Below are positions 1 through 7,787 of a stretch of 64,000 nucleotides of DNA, piece by piece (the first letter of the stretch is position 1; each line of letters begins with the position of its first letter). The stretch comes from a virus. The DNA lies in the IMG/VR virus record IMGVR_UViG_3300009159_000053, positions 22,893 through 86,892 of that record. One strand, given 5' to 3'. Under the pieces are notes generated by a model. It was not told where the DNA came from and searched no databases. It saw only the letters and a program-made list of their open reading frames with translations. Position numbers and translations under genes: made by a program.

Positions 1-128
1 CCGCCTTCAATAAATGTTGGGGATGCTTCACGGTACTTTTTAATAACATTTTCTACATGGTCTTTAAATTGTGCTTGAGCAATATTCTGATCCCAACGAC
101 CATGAGGGTTGACTCCGAAGTAAGCCAT
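1..128 (-). CDS. Hypothetical phage protein, N-terminal part only (runs off the window)
   Basis: Hand translation MAYFGVNPHGRWDQNIAQAQFKDHVENVIKKYREASPTFIEG..; ATG just after the stop of 130..663. Confidence 0.6.
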   Translation of the reverse strand, partial: MAYFGVNPHGRWDQNIAQAQFKDHVENVIKKYREASPTFIEG

Positions 129-129
129 A

Positions 130-663
130 TTATGCCCACGCAGGTCTTAGATAGGCAAGCATTGCTTTACGGCGTGCATCAATGGTTCCTGGTTGGTCTG
201 CAACAGTGTTTGCTTTACCATCATTTACTAGATGTGGAGCAGGTGTTAGTTGTGTCTGTGGTGCACTTCTTTCTGACATATAAACAACTGCGCCATTTAT
301 GTTTACTAACTTTGCTTTCATTTGGCGTTCAATACCCGTCATTGGGTGTATTTGTTCTGGCCAATAATACATAGAAGGTTCAATGCGCTCACCCTTGTGA
401 ACACCACGTTGATAGGCCTTCTGATTTACACGGTTCTTAATAGAGTCTAATAGACGATCATCTCTTCGAGATCGCATTGTGCCAAGATAACCATCTGGAT
501 ACTCTGCAGAAGGAATGCGACCCATGCCCATGCGGGATTCATCAATTGCACTACGTGCTATAGGAGTTCCTGCACCACCTTGATTGTTATAACCGTAGAG
601 ACCTCCACCACCAAGAGATTGCCAGTTTTGTGATGCTGAAAGATTATTAACTCCACCAGCCAT
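130..663 (-). CDS. Hypothetical protein
   Basis: 177-aa ORF, TAATG-coupled to the upstream gene. Confidence 0.7.
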   Translation of the reverse strand: MAGGVNNLSASQNWQSLGGGGLYGYNNQGGAGTPIARSAIDESRMGMGRIPSAEYPDGYLGTMRSRRDDRLLDSIKNRVNQKAYQRGVHKGERIEPSMYYWPEQIHPMTGIERQMKAKLVNINGAVVYMSERSAPQTQLTPAPHLVNDGKANTVADQPGTIDARRKAMLAYLRPAWA

Positions 664-1238
664 TACACACCTCTATCTCTGCGGTTTTTTGCAATAGTTG
701 CATAGACCTCATTTACTGAAATTTTTTTACCCTTATATGTAGAGCCACGACTTATCTGAGATTGTTCTGCAAATTCTTGAGCCTTTGGTTTTGGTTCCAT
801 TCTTTCATACTCTGCTGTTCGATGAGCACTTGCTACAAACTCTGGGTTAGATTCAACACCAGGAACTTTGCGACCAAAATAAACATTACCACCCTGTGGG
901 CGCCTTACATCTGTTCCACCTAAATCATATCCAGCAATTTGTTTATTTTCTACACCAGCGGTACGTGCTCCTGGAAGGGTACTGTGTTTAACACTTATAT
1001 CTGCAAATATTTTTCCACCAGTTTTCCATGCACCTTGATAAACATCGCCTGTTGCTTTTGTTTTATTTTCTTCTTTAAAACTCTTTGCTTGTTCTGCAGT
1101 ATATGGTGCGTCAGTAATCTTTTCAGCACCAGGAATTGAAACCATAACTCCAGGACTTTTAGGAGATTCACCAGTCTTAAAACTTCTGCTGGCTCCACCT
1201 TCGTTGGCTAAATTAGCAAATTGTTCATTACTAAGCAT
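663..1238 (-). CDS. Hypothetical protein (starts MLSNEQF)
   Basis: Start moved to ATG 1238, which overlaps the end of the upstream gene. Confidence 0.7.
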   Translation of the reverse strand: MLSNEQFANLANEGGASRSFKTGESPKSPGVMVSIPGAEKITDAPYTAEQAKSFKEENKTKATGDVYQGAWKTGGKIFADISVKHSTLPGARTAGVENKQIAGYDLGGTDVRRPQGGNVYFGRKVPGVESNPEFVASAHRTAEYERMEPKPKAQEFAEQSQISRGSTYKGKKISVNEVYATIAKNRRDRGV

Positions 1239-1488
1239 TTGGGTTTCTACCACCAGAGTTAGGTGTAACTGATGTATTTGTAGAAGTATCATCCCAATTA
1301 AATGTTGTGCCAGCGGTTTTTTTAGATAATGATAAAGGTTTACCGCCACCAATACTTCTATTTTTCCATGCAGTTGCTTGAGCAGCAGATCCTGCTGTAG
1401 AAGAACTAAATGATAACGGCGTGTCTACATCTGGTGTTTGTGGCACCATTGAATTACTACCGCCGAATTGTGAATTCGACAATGGCAT
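1231..1488 (-). CDS. Hypothetical Ser/Thr-rich protein (starts MPLSNSQF)
   Basis: ATG 1488 directly follows the upstream stop. Confidence 0.6.
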   Translation of the reverse strand: MPLSNSQFGGSNSMVPQTPDVDTPLSFSSSTAGSAAQATAWKNRSIGGGKPLSLSKKTAGTTFNWDDTSTNTSVTPNSGGRNPNA

Positions 1489-1489
1489 T

Positions 1490-1906
1490 TTAGTAGGCGT
1501 CGCCCATTCCACCTTGGAAGTTAGGATTTTGACGTCCTGAAACCGAAGGAATGGTTCTTGCGTTAGTCATTGTTGATCCTGAACAAGGGTCAATACAAGG
1601 CATTGTTGTAGTAATTCTATGTGCAGCACCTTTGCGCTCAGACGCTGCTGAATCTGCTACAAGTACATTCTTTCTATTTGCTTTTGTACCGTACATTGGT
1701 TCTGCTGCTTGAGTGTTCTTCTTTGGCATCAATGTACCAACAGAAGGTGTACCACTTACATTAGTAAATGTTGCATTTGCACCAGATGGGGTGTATTGAT
1801 CTGGGCTCATATCTTTTTTCATTTTAGTACCTGCTGACTCTAGATGGTTTGAAGGTGCGCCCATGCGACGTCGCATTGCGTGACCCATATCTGTCCAATT
1901 TGCCAT
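1490..1906 (-). CDS. Hypothetical protein
   Basis: 138-aa ORF with AAGGAG RBS. Confidence 0.7.
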   Translation of the reverse strand: MANWTDMGHAMRRRMGAPSNHLESAGTKMKKDMSPDQYTPSGANATFTNVSGTPSVGTLMPKKNTQAAEPMYGTKANRKNVLVADSAASERKGAAHRITTTMPCIDPCSGSTMTNARTIPSVSGRQNPNFQGGMGDAY

Positions 1907-1943
1907 GGTGACTCCTTAGTGTATGTCTAAGGATAGAACTAAA

Positions 1944-2240
1944 TTAACTTGCTGTAATGGCGAATACAATGGCGGAAATTTCTCCATCACGGGATTCAAT
2001 AGTGGTAAATCCTGGTTTGCAGGTTAAATCTAAACCCCTAGGGGCTACATAGCCACGAGATATAGCAATTGCTTTAACTGCTTGATTTACTGCTCCCGCA
2101 CCTACGGCACGTAATTTTACTTCGTGTTTTTCGTAAATAACATGAGCAATTGCTGATGCCACACTTTGAGGATTTGAACTTGCACTAACTCTTAAAAACG
2201 GTTCGTCAGTAGAAATAGGAATTTCAGGTGAAGTTGTCAT
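1944..2240 (-). CDS. spoVS: SpoVS-family protein (Alba-like fold)
   Basis: LRVSASSNPQSVASAIA...RAVGAGAVNQAVKAIAISRGYVAP.GLDL.CKPGF matches the SpoVS signature along its length. Confidence 0.88.
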   Translation of the reverse strand: MTTSPEIPISTDEPFLRVSASSNPQSVASAIAHVIYEKHEVKLRAVGAGAVNQAVKAIAISRGYVAPRGLDLTCKPGFTTIESRDGEISAIVFAITAS

Positions 2241-2295
2241 GTCTAGTAGTCCTTTGAGTCGAATTTATGTACCGCTCCTAGAATATAGGGTAAGG

Positions 2296-2883
2296 CTAAA
2301 GTCTTGGGGCGTCTCTGTATTTAGGATCTTTCATTTGTTCGGCAACTGCCTTCTCGACCTCATTATAGAAGTTTTTTCCTAAGAGCCTTGCAAGAGCGTA
2401 AGAATCTGCGGCATTGTCATCATTAAATTCTATGCCCCATCTCTTGTATATTTGTAGCAACATCTCTTGTTTTTTTGCATTACCTTTTCCTGCAGCAAAC
2501 TTTTTTAAGGTCATAGGTGGAACTTTTAAGGGAAATTTTCGAGGATCATCCTCTTCAAAATAATCAAAAATAGTTAGTCTGACGGTGGCTGACAACTCTC
2601 CCAATACGAGGGCTGCATGACTAGCAAGAACGGTGCCCTCCATTGCTATGTCTAAAATTGTATTATTATTTTCTTCAAGATAATCTAGATGATCTACTAA
2701 CCATTGTCTAATATCAGCAAGTCTTTCAATTCCAAAATAAGGTGATTTATAAACCCATGTAATATATTTTGTTGGATCTTCAAATTGAAGTGCAGTTAAT
2801 GCAAAGCCAGTAAGTGATTGATCTATTCCTATTGTTACGTTACAGTCTTTAGGTAAATTACCATCAATCGCTTTGGTTGGCAC
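2296..2883 (-). CDS. RuvC-like Holliday junction resolvase
   Basis: IGIDQSLT, AMEG, LKKFAAGKGNAKK, DNAADS motifs; GTG start at 2883 preferred. Confidence 0.85.
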   Translation of the reverse strand: MPTKAIDGNLPKDCNVTIGIDQSLTGFALTALQFEDPTKYITWVYKSPYFGIERLADIRQWLVDHLDYLEENNNTILDIAMEGTVLASHAALVLGELSATVRLTIFDYFEEDDPRKFPLKVPPMTLKKFAAGKGNAKKQEMLLQIYKRWGIEFNDDNAADSYALARLLGKNFYNEVEKAVAEQMKDPKYRDAPRL

Positions 2884-3160
2884 GGCGTTCTCTTTCATCT
2901 ATGACCATTTGCACAGTCCCTAGATAACCCGCCCCATCAACTAGGTTGTCTCTCTTTTGTTGGTGCACTTCACGACAAATTTTTACCCATGCCATTGCTA
3001 ATCCAACCTGTTCTTCAGTTACTTTAGTATTAAAAATAACTTCCCAACCTTTAGCAATACGATTAAAATTGTCTAACGGATGATCGTAAGACTTGTTACG
3101 ATCACCCGTTATCAAACGCTGTGCTTCTTCAAGCACCGTCTCGTTATGGAACTCTGACAT
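2864..3160 (-). CDS. DUF6378-like phage protein
   Basis: LEEAQRLITGDRNKSY..P..NF.RIA..W...K..R....DNLVDGAGY pattern. Confidence 0.7.
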   Translation of the reverse strand: MSEFHNETVLEEAQRLITGDRNKSYDHPLDNFNRIAKGWEVIFNTKVTEEQVGLAMAWVKICREVHQQKRDNLVDGAGYLGTVQMVIDERERRANQSD

Positions 3161-4037
3161 ACCGCCCAGTCACAAATTCATTCTTTGCCTCTGTGGTTGT
3201 AGCCATGATTGCATTAAAGGTCTCATCAAAGGTTGCTTTTTTATTTAACAACCACCAACCTGCTAATGCTGCTGCAGAGTTAGATGTACCAACAACAAAC
3301 TTAGTAGATCCATCTGTAAGTTTTGTGTAGTAACGAGCATTCAAATAGAAATCTACTTGACCCTGTGCGCCATTACTGTATCGAGCAATGTATGGAGCAG
3401 CCGCTGCATCATAAGCATATGGTTCAGATCCTGACCATGGATTATCAGTTGCACCAACTGCCACAGTATCTGGCAAACATGCTGGTGAGAATACGGCTTT
3501 TCTATTTGAGTCATTACCAACTGCGGCAATAACAGGAACATTTACTGCCTTTAATGTTGCAATAGATTCGCTCATTCCAGCAGGAACTCTGCAGTTACCC
3601 ATCACAGCACCCTGTGCAAGTAATACTACTGAGATGTTGTACTTTGCTCTGTTTGTAATAATCCAATCTAAAGCATTCTGCACATCATTTAAGTTATACA
3701 GACCAGCAACTCCTGCTGGAGTCATTCCAACAATTCTTATTGGAATAATCTTTGCCGATGGATTTACAGCCGTGACAATAGACGCCATCTGTGTTCCGTG
3801 ATTTAACATCTTGTCATTTGTAGGAGCAAGGTTTGCAGCCCCTGGACCTTCCATAATGCTCTGTTGATTTGGGCATCTAGGAAGATTGATTAGACAGACT
3901 TCATATGCAATTTTATTTGCAAATAAAGAAGTAGCAACACCGCTATCAATTATTGCGATTGTTGGTTCGCTGTTTGCTTTTGCAGGTGATATAAGTCCAG
4001 TTATTAAAACTAGAACAAGCATCATTATTTTATTCAT
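3144..4037 (-). CDS. Secreted subtilisin-like (S8) serine protease
   Basis: Signal peptide ending AKA; Asp IAIIDSG, His HGTQM, oxyanion AAVGN, Ser GTSNS. Confidence 0.88.
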   Translation of the reverse strand: MNKIMMLVLVLITGLISPAKANSEPTIAIIDSGVATSLFANKIAYEVCLINLPRCPNQQSIMEGPGAANLAPTNDKMLNHGTQMASIVTAVNPSAKIIPIRIVGMTPAGVAGLYNLNDVQNALDWIITNRAKYNISVVLLAQGAVMGNCRVPAGMSESIATLKAVNVPVIAAVGNDSNRKAVFSPACLPDTVAVGATDNPWSGSEPYAYDAAAAPYIARYSNGAQGQVDFYLNARYYTKLTDGSTKFVVGTSNSAAALAGWWLLNKKATFDETFNAIMATTTEAKNEFVTGRYVRVP

Positions 4038-4498
4038 GTTATGAATGTATCCCTCCGTCCCATTCGGGACTCGTTTGTTCTCCGTGTTATTTCCCTCGAA
4101 ACTAAAGTGATATCCCGTTCTTGATTTGAGAGCATCATCTCTAAGATCTTGCGATAAGCATACCGTTCCTCATAGGTATCTCCTAATTGGATAATCTCTG
4201 GATCGGTAGCAATCTGAGCCTTGGCTAAACTTACGGTTGAGCCTTTTGAGGCTGCTCCCATCTTGAGTATGAGCAGTTTGTTCTCAGCCATGTCTAAGGC
4301 TCTTTGAGCCTCACGCTCACTAAGTTGAGCCTGAACTAACTGCGAAGCAAAGTAATCGGCCCAACCAGTAAGAGTAGTAAACATTATTGCTAAATCTTCA
4401 CTGCTCAACTCTGTAATGTCAGGTGGTAATACTGCTTGTTCGTACTGTGGCTTTGGTAGGGCAAGACCCCTCTTCATTAAGACTTCTATCTCACTCAT
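4034..4498 (-). CDS. Helical protein in the recombination module (possible recombination mediator)
   Basis: Coiled-coil character and position next to the nuclease and RecA; function inferred. Confidence 0.5.
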   Translation of the reverse strand: MSEIEVLMKRGLALPKPQYEQAVLPPDITELSSEDLAIMFTTLTGWADYFASQLVQAQLSEREAQRALDMAENKLLILKMGAASKGSTVSLAKAQIATDPEIIQLGDTYEERYAYRKILEMMLSNQERDITLVSREITRRTNESRMGRRDTFIT

Positions 4499-5340
4499 TA
4501 TTTTCCAATCAAAGAGCAGTACTTACAGCCAACAGGATCGACATTACAGGCAGGTGAAACACCTGCATCAACTGCATCTATAACTTTCTGTGCAGCATTA
4601 AAGATTCTTTCTACTACGTAGTAGTCAGATTTAATTGTGAACTCTTTATAATCTTGGTCTGCTTTTAATTCATAAATAAAAACAATTTCATTGGGAGCAT
4701 CATCGCCAAATTGTCTTTTGGCTAACTCTAAGTACATCTGTCCTTGAAGTAAGTGAGTTCTAAATGGACGGCGAATGTTTTTCCAAGCCTTTGTTAAGTC
4801 ACCGTCTGCATCATAGAGTAACTCTGGCGCTTCAAACCTAAGTGTTCCTGCCCCAATAGATTTGATTTCAATTAAACAATCATCTCCAATACCTTTGACC
4901 CAACCATCTGCATGACCATGAATACGAAGGGGTTCATAAACTAAAGGAACCTCTTTGTACTCAAAGACTGATGGGCCATTATTTACCTCAGAACTAACTC
5001 CCCACTCAGATCTATCATCTGTTTCACAGTACCAGTTTCCATACAAGACACCCATATCTGCTAATCGATTTTGCCATTTAGCATGGATGAAATGTCCTTC
5101 ATCAAATATATTTTGAAGGCGAAGATTAGGTTTTTCTTTCTTGGCCTTACCACCATTTAATAGATAATAAGCATACTTGTGACACCAGTCGGCTTTAATA
5201 ATTTCAGAAGGATGAAGTACGTCCGTCCTTCTATCTGACTCTGGCTGTCTCATTAGGTGACGTTCTATGTCTCCTATTAATCTAGTATCAGCCTTTTTAG
5301 TATCAAGGAACTTCTGTAAGTCTGTCTTAGGTGTTGCCAT
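4498..5340 (-). CDS. Cas4-like PD-(D/E)XK exonuclease
   Basis: HPSE..WC, GHADG, IEIKS, QGQMY and C-terminal C......CKYC (candidate Fe-S ligands). Confidence 0.8.
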   Translation of the reverse strand: MATPKTDLQKFLDTKKADTRLIGDIERHLMRQPESDRRTDVLHPSEIIKADWCHKYAYYLLNGGKAKKEKPNLRLQNIFDEGHFIHAKWQNRLADMGVLYGNWYCETDDRSEWGVSSEVNNGPSVFEYKEVPLVYEPLRIHGHADGWVKGIGDDCLIEIKSIGAGTLRFEAPELLYDADGDLTKAWKNIRRPFRTHLLQGQMYLELAKRQFGDDAPNEIVFIYELKADQDYKEFTIKSDYYVVERIFNAAQKVIDAVDAGVSPACNVDPVGCKYCSLIGK

Positions 5341-5663
5341 TAGTATTCCTTGTCTGTACTGAAAATAAATTCTCTTAGGGACATTTTCTTTTTGTATTTC
5401 TTTTGCCACTTTCTCATTAAAGCATTACGTTCTCTGTGGCTTAACCCACCCCAGATTCCGTGTGGCTCATCTCTTTTAACGGCATCCCACAAACATTGGG
5501 CACGTACTGGACAATGGTTTTTTCCTGTCTCACCAAAACAAAATGCTTTGGCCTGATCAGCAATGTCCTTGTACTGCTCTTTATCACGAGGAGGGTAGAA
5601 GATGTCGGTGTCTTGTCCCGAACATCTTGCTTCGTATCTCCAGGCATACTCTGGTTCATCCAT
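5340..5663 (-). CDS. whiB: WhiB-family Fe-S transcription factor
   Basis: W...ARC...D.DIFYP..AKAFC..CPVRAQCL..A...EPHGIWGGL...ER. Confidence 0.95.
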   Translation of the reverse strand: MDEPEYAWRYEARCSGQDTDIFYPPRDKEQYKDIADQAKAFCFGETGKNHCPVRAQCLWDAVKRDEPHGIWGGLSHRERNALMRKWQKKYKKKMSLREFIFSTDKEY

Positions 5664-5666
5664 GTG

Positions 5667-5984
5667 TTAGGCATCCTTGACTTTCTCTAGCATTTCTATG
5701 AAGTCGTCTTCAAGGAGAACCACGTAATTCTCCCCATCTAAATGGATACCAAGTACTGGCATTCTTCCATCTAAAATTGCCTCTCTTACTATTTTTTTTA
5801 AGACCGTAGACTTTATCGTAGTCTGTTTTTTACCAGTCCACTTATGTTCAATCAGCAGGTCGGCTGATCTTACATCGCCTTTACGTGACCAAAACGCACC
5901 AGAAGCAGCATTACGAGAACCGTTAACTTTTTTAGCGAGTCTCTTCTCATGCTTCTGAGATTGTTTTTGTCCTTCAGTCTTCAA
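5667..5984 (-). CDS. Hjc/PD-(D/E)XK-type resolvase or nuclease
   Basis: HEKRLAK..SGA..KGDV..LIEHK motif. Confidence 0.75.
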   Translation of the reverse strand: MKTEGQKQSQKHEKRLAKKVNGSRNAASGAFWSRKGDVRSADLLIEHKWTGKKQTTIKSTVLKKIVREAILDGRMPVLGIHLDGENYVVLLEDDFIEMLEKVKDA

Positions 5985-6222
5985 GTTCTATTTTGCCACT
6001 CTCGTAGCCCTCCAGCAAACGAGGAACAATATAGAACATTGTTTCACGCCAAAAACAAGGAGAACAACCACAAAATGGTTCTCCTGAAAGCGTTTCTAAA
6101 ATTTCATCTTCGTCACCTTCCCACACGGCTTCAAAAAGCATGTCTGTATAAGTTTCTACACCTTTTTCTAAATCATGCGCCCATGCTTCATCGTTTACTA
6201 TAAATTTTTTACTTTCAATCAT
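5974..6222 (-). CDS. Hypothetical protein with CGCxxC motif
   Basis: Start moved to MIESKK; contains FCGCSPC. Confidence 0.6.
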   Translation of the reverse strand: MIESKKFIVNDEAWAHDLEKGVETYTDMLFEAVWEGDEDEILETLSGEPFCGCSPCFWRETMFYIVPRLLEGYESGKIELED

Positions 6223-7264
6223 TGTCAAAACCTCCAGCCATCGGTACATCGGAGGAACTAAGTACAACCTTTTGTAGTTCTTCCTTGAGATCAATTTCGC
6301 CACGGATACTATCAATGACTGGTTCAATTCCCTGCCATTTTCTTTCTCCATAGTAATACCACCCACCTTTACGATCTATTATTCCTTTTACAACTGCTAG
6401 TGCTGCAATTTCTTTTGCAAAATCGTATTCTCCTGGCAAACAATGGCCTCCATCTGCAAAATAAAAATCAAAATAAGCAACTCTTTGTGGAGGTGCTGTT
6501 TTATTTTTTAATGTTCTAACTTTAATTCTTTGTCCAATACGAACCTTATTACCGCTAGGTCCAACCTCAATCCATTCGTCTCTGCGAATTTCACATCTTG
6601 TAAAGAAGGCATAATTTTTTCCTTCTCCTCCTGGAGTTGTTCTTGGGTCGCCATGCATTACGCCAATCTTCATTCGATATTGGTTAATTATTAATCCTAA
6701 AACAGGACGTTCATCTTCTACAAGACTTCTTTTAATTGCAGAACCAACAACTCGAAAAAACTTATTGGTAAGCAATGCACCTCTACCAACAGTCATTTCA
6801 TTCATATCTTTTTCCATTTCAGGAGCAGGAGATAGAGCAGGCAAAGAATCAATAACAATTGCATCTACTGATTTTGATTCAGCAAATTCAATTACAGCCT
6901 GATACGCCTCTTCCATAATATTTGTTTCAATAACAATTACCCTAGAAGTGTCTACCCCACACATTTCTGCATAGTCAGGTACCCATTGTTCTGCGGCTAC
7001 CCACACTGTTGTGTGTTCTGGGTTTAACTTTTGATTTGCTGCAATAGTTTTTAAAGCAACTGCAGTTTTTCCGTGAGAAGGTTCTCCTATTAATTCATTC
7101 CATTGATTTCCAGGAAATCCCCCTCCAAGAACATAGTCTAAGGTAGTTGAACCAGACGTAATTCTAGGAACCAAATCACTACGAATATCGGAAGCAATTA
7201 CTACAACATTATTACCAAACTTTTTATTTAATTGAGCAACAATCTTTTTGGCTTCGTCATTCAT
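6215..7264 (-). CDS. recA: RecA-like recombinase
   Basis: GSTTLDYVLGGG, Walker A GEPSHGKT, VIDS, INQYR, TPGG, KNKTAPP, GGWY. Confidence 0.95.
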   Translation of the reverse strand: MNDEAKKIVAQLNKKFGNNVVVIASDIRSDLVPRITSGSTTLDYVLGGGFPGNQWNELIGEPSHGKTAVALKTIAANQKLNPEHTTVWVAAEQWVPDYAEMCGVDTSRVIVIETNIMEEAYQAVIEFAESKSVDAIVIDSLPALSPAPEMEKDMNEMTVGRGALLTNKFFRVVGSAIKRSLVEDERPVLGLIINQYRMKIGVMHGDPRTTPGGEGKNYAFFTRCEIRRDEWIEVGPSGNKVRIGQRIKVRTLKNKTAPPQRVAYFDFYFADGGHCLPGEYDFAKEIAALAVVKGIIDRKGGWYYYGERKWQGIEPVIDSIRGEIDLKEELQKVVLSSSDVPMAGGFDND

Positions 7265-7638
7265 TACTCTATTCTCCCAATTATTCCTTGTGGATTCCAA
7301 TTACTTTGCGTGTCATTACCTATAGAAGATTTTATATTTCCTTCTACTTTTGCACCAGTTAGTGATCCAAATTTACTTCCTGATTGTTGTAAAGGATATC
7401 CGCAATCGTAACATCTTGGAGCAGCGTTTTGAACAGCCATGTAGTTATTACTATTACAGTCAGGACACGACTGAGTTTGACCCGTGCTTCCAATACGAAT
7501 ACTTGGTTGTTGAGGTTGTGGTGGAACATATGGAGTCATAGGTTGTTGAGAAGGAGGCATTGGAACATTCTCAGTTCTTGGTTGTACAACCTGTGGTTGT
7601 GTTCCAAGTTGTTTAGCCCACCAATCTGAGTTACTCAT
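7264..7638 (-). CDS. Zn-ribbon protein with Pro/Gln-rich N-terminus
   Basis: CPDC...CYDCG. Confidence 0.7.
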   Translation of the reverse strand: MSNSDWWAKQLGTQPQVVQPRTENVPMPPSQQPMTPYVPPQPQQPSIRIGSTGQTQSCPDCNSNNYMAVQNAAPRCYDCGYPLQQSGSKFGSLTGAKVEGNIKSSIGNDTQSNWNPQGIIGRIE

Positions 7639-7787
7639 TTTTGTTTTAACTCCTTTGCAATGGCACGACGCAATCTTCGTCCAGTTAATGTTGAAACTTG
7701 AACACGAGATGATTTTCCATGTCCAACAAGTGAAACTTTCCTTATTTTAGGAAGGTCTTTATTTAAAGAGTTTTTAGTAACAATCAT
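7635..7787 (-). CDS. Small basic protein, 50 aa (not in ORF track)
   Basis: MIVTKNSLNKDLPKIRKVSLVGHGKSSRVQVSTLTGRRLRRAIAKELKQK; ATGA overlaps at both ends. Confidence 0.65.
   Translation of the reverse strand: MIVTKNSLNKDLPKIRKVSLVGHGKSSRVQVSTLTGRRLRRAIAKELKQK

Noticed and set aside
2864-3160. Nucleotide-hydrolase-like gene as a sign of a modified-base (e.g. Z) genome
   Set aside because: No PurZ or other base-modification genes are recognisable in this window.
4498-5340. Cas4-like gene as evidence of CRISPR-Cas
   Set aside because: No cas1/cas2 and no repeat-spacer array; stand-alone Cas4-like nucleases are common in phage recombination modules.
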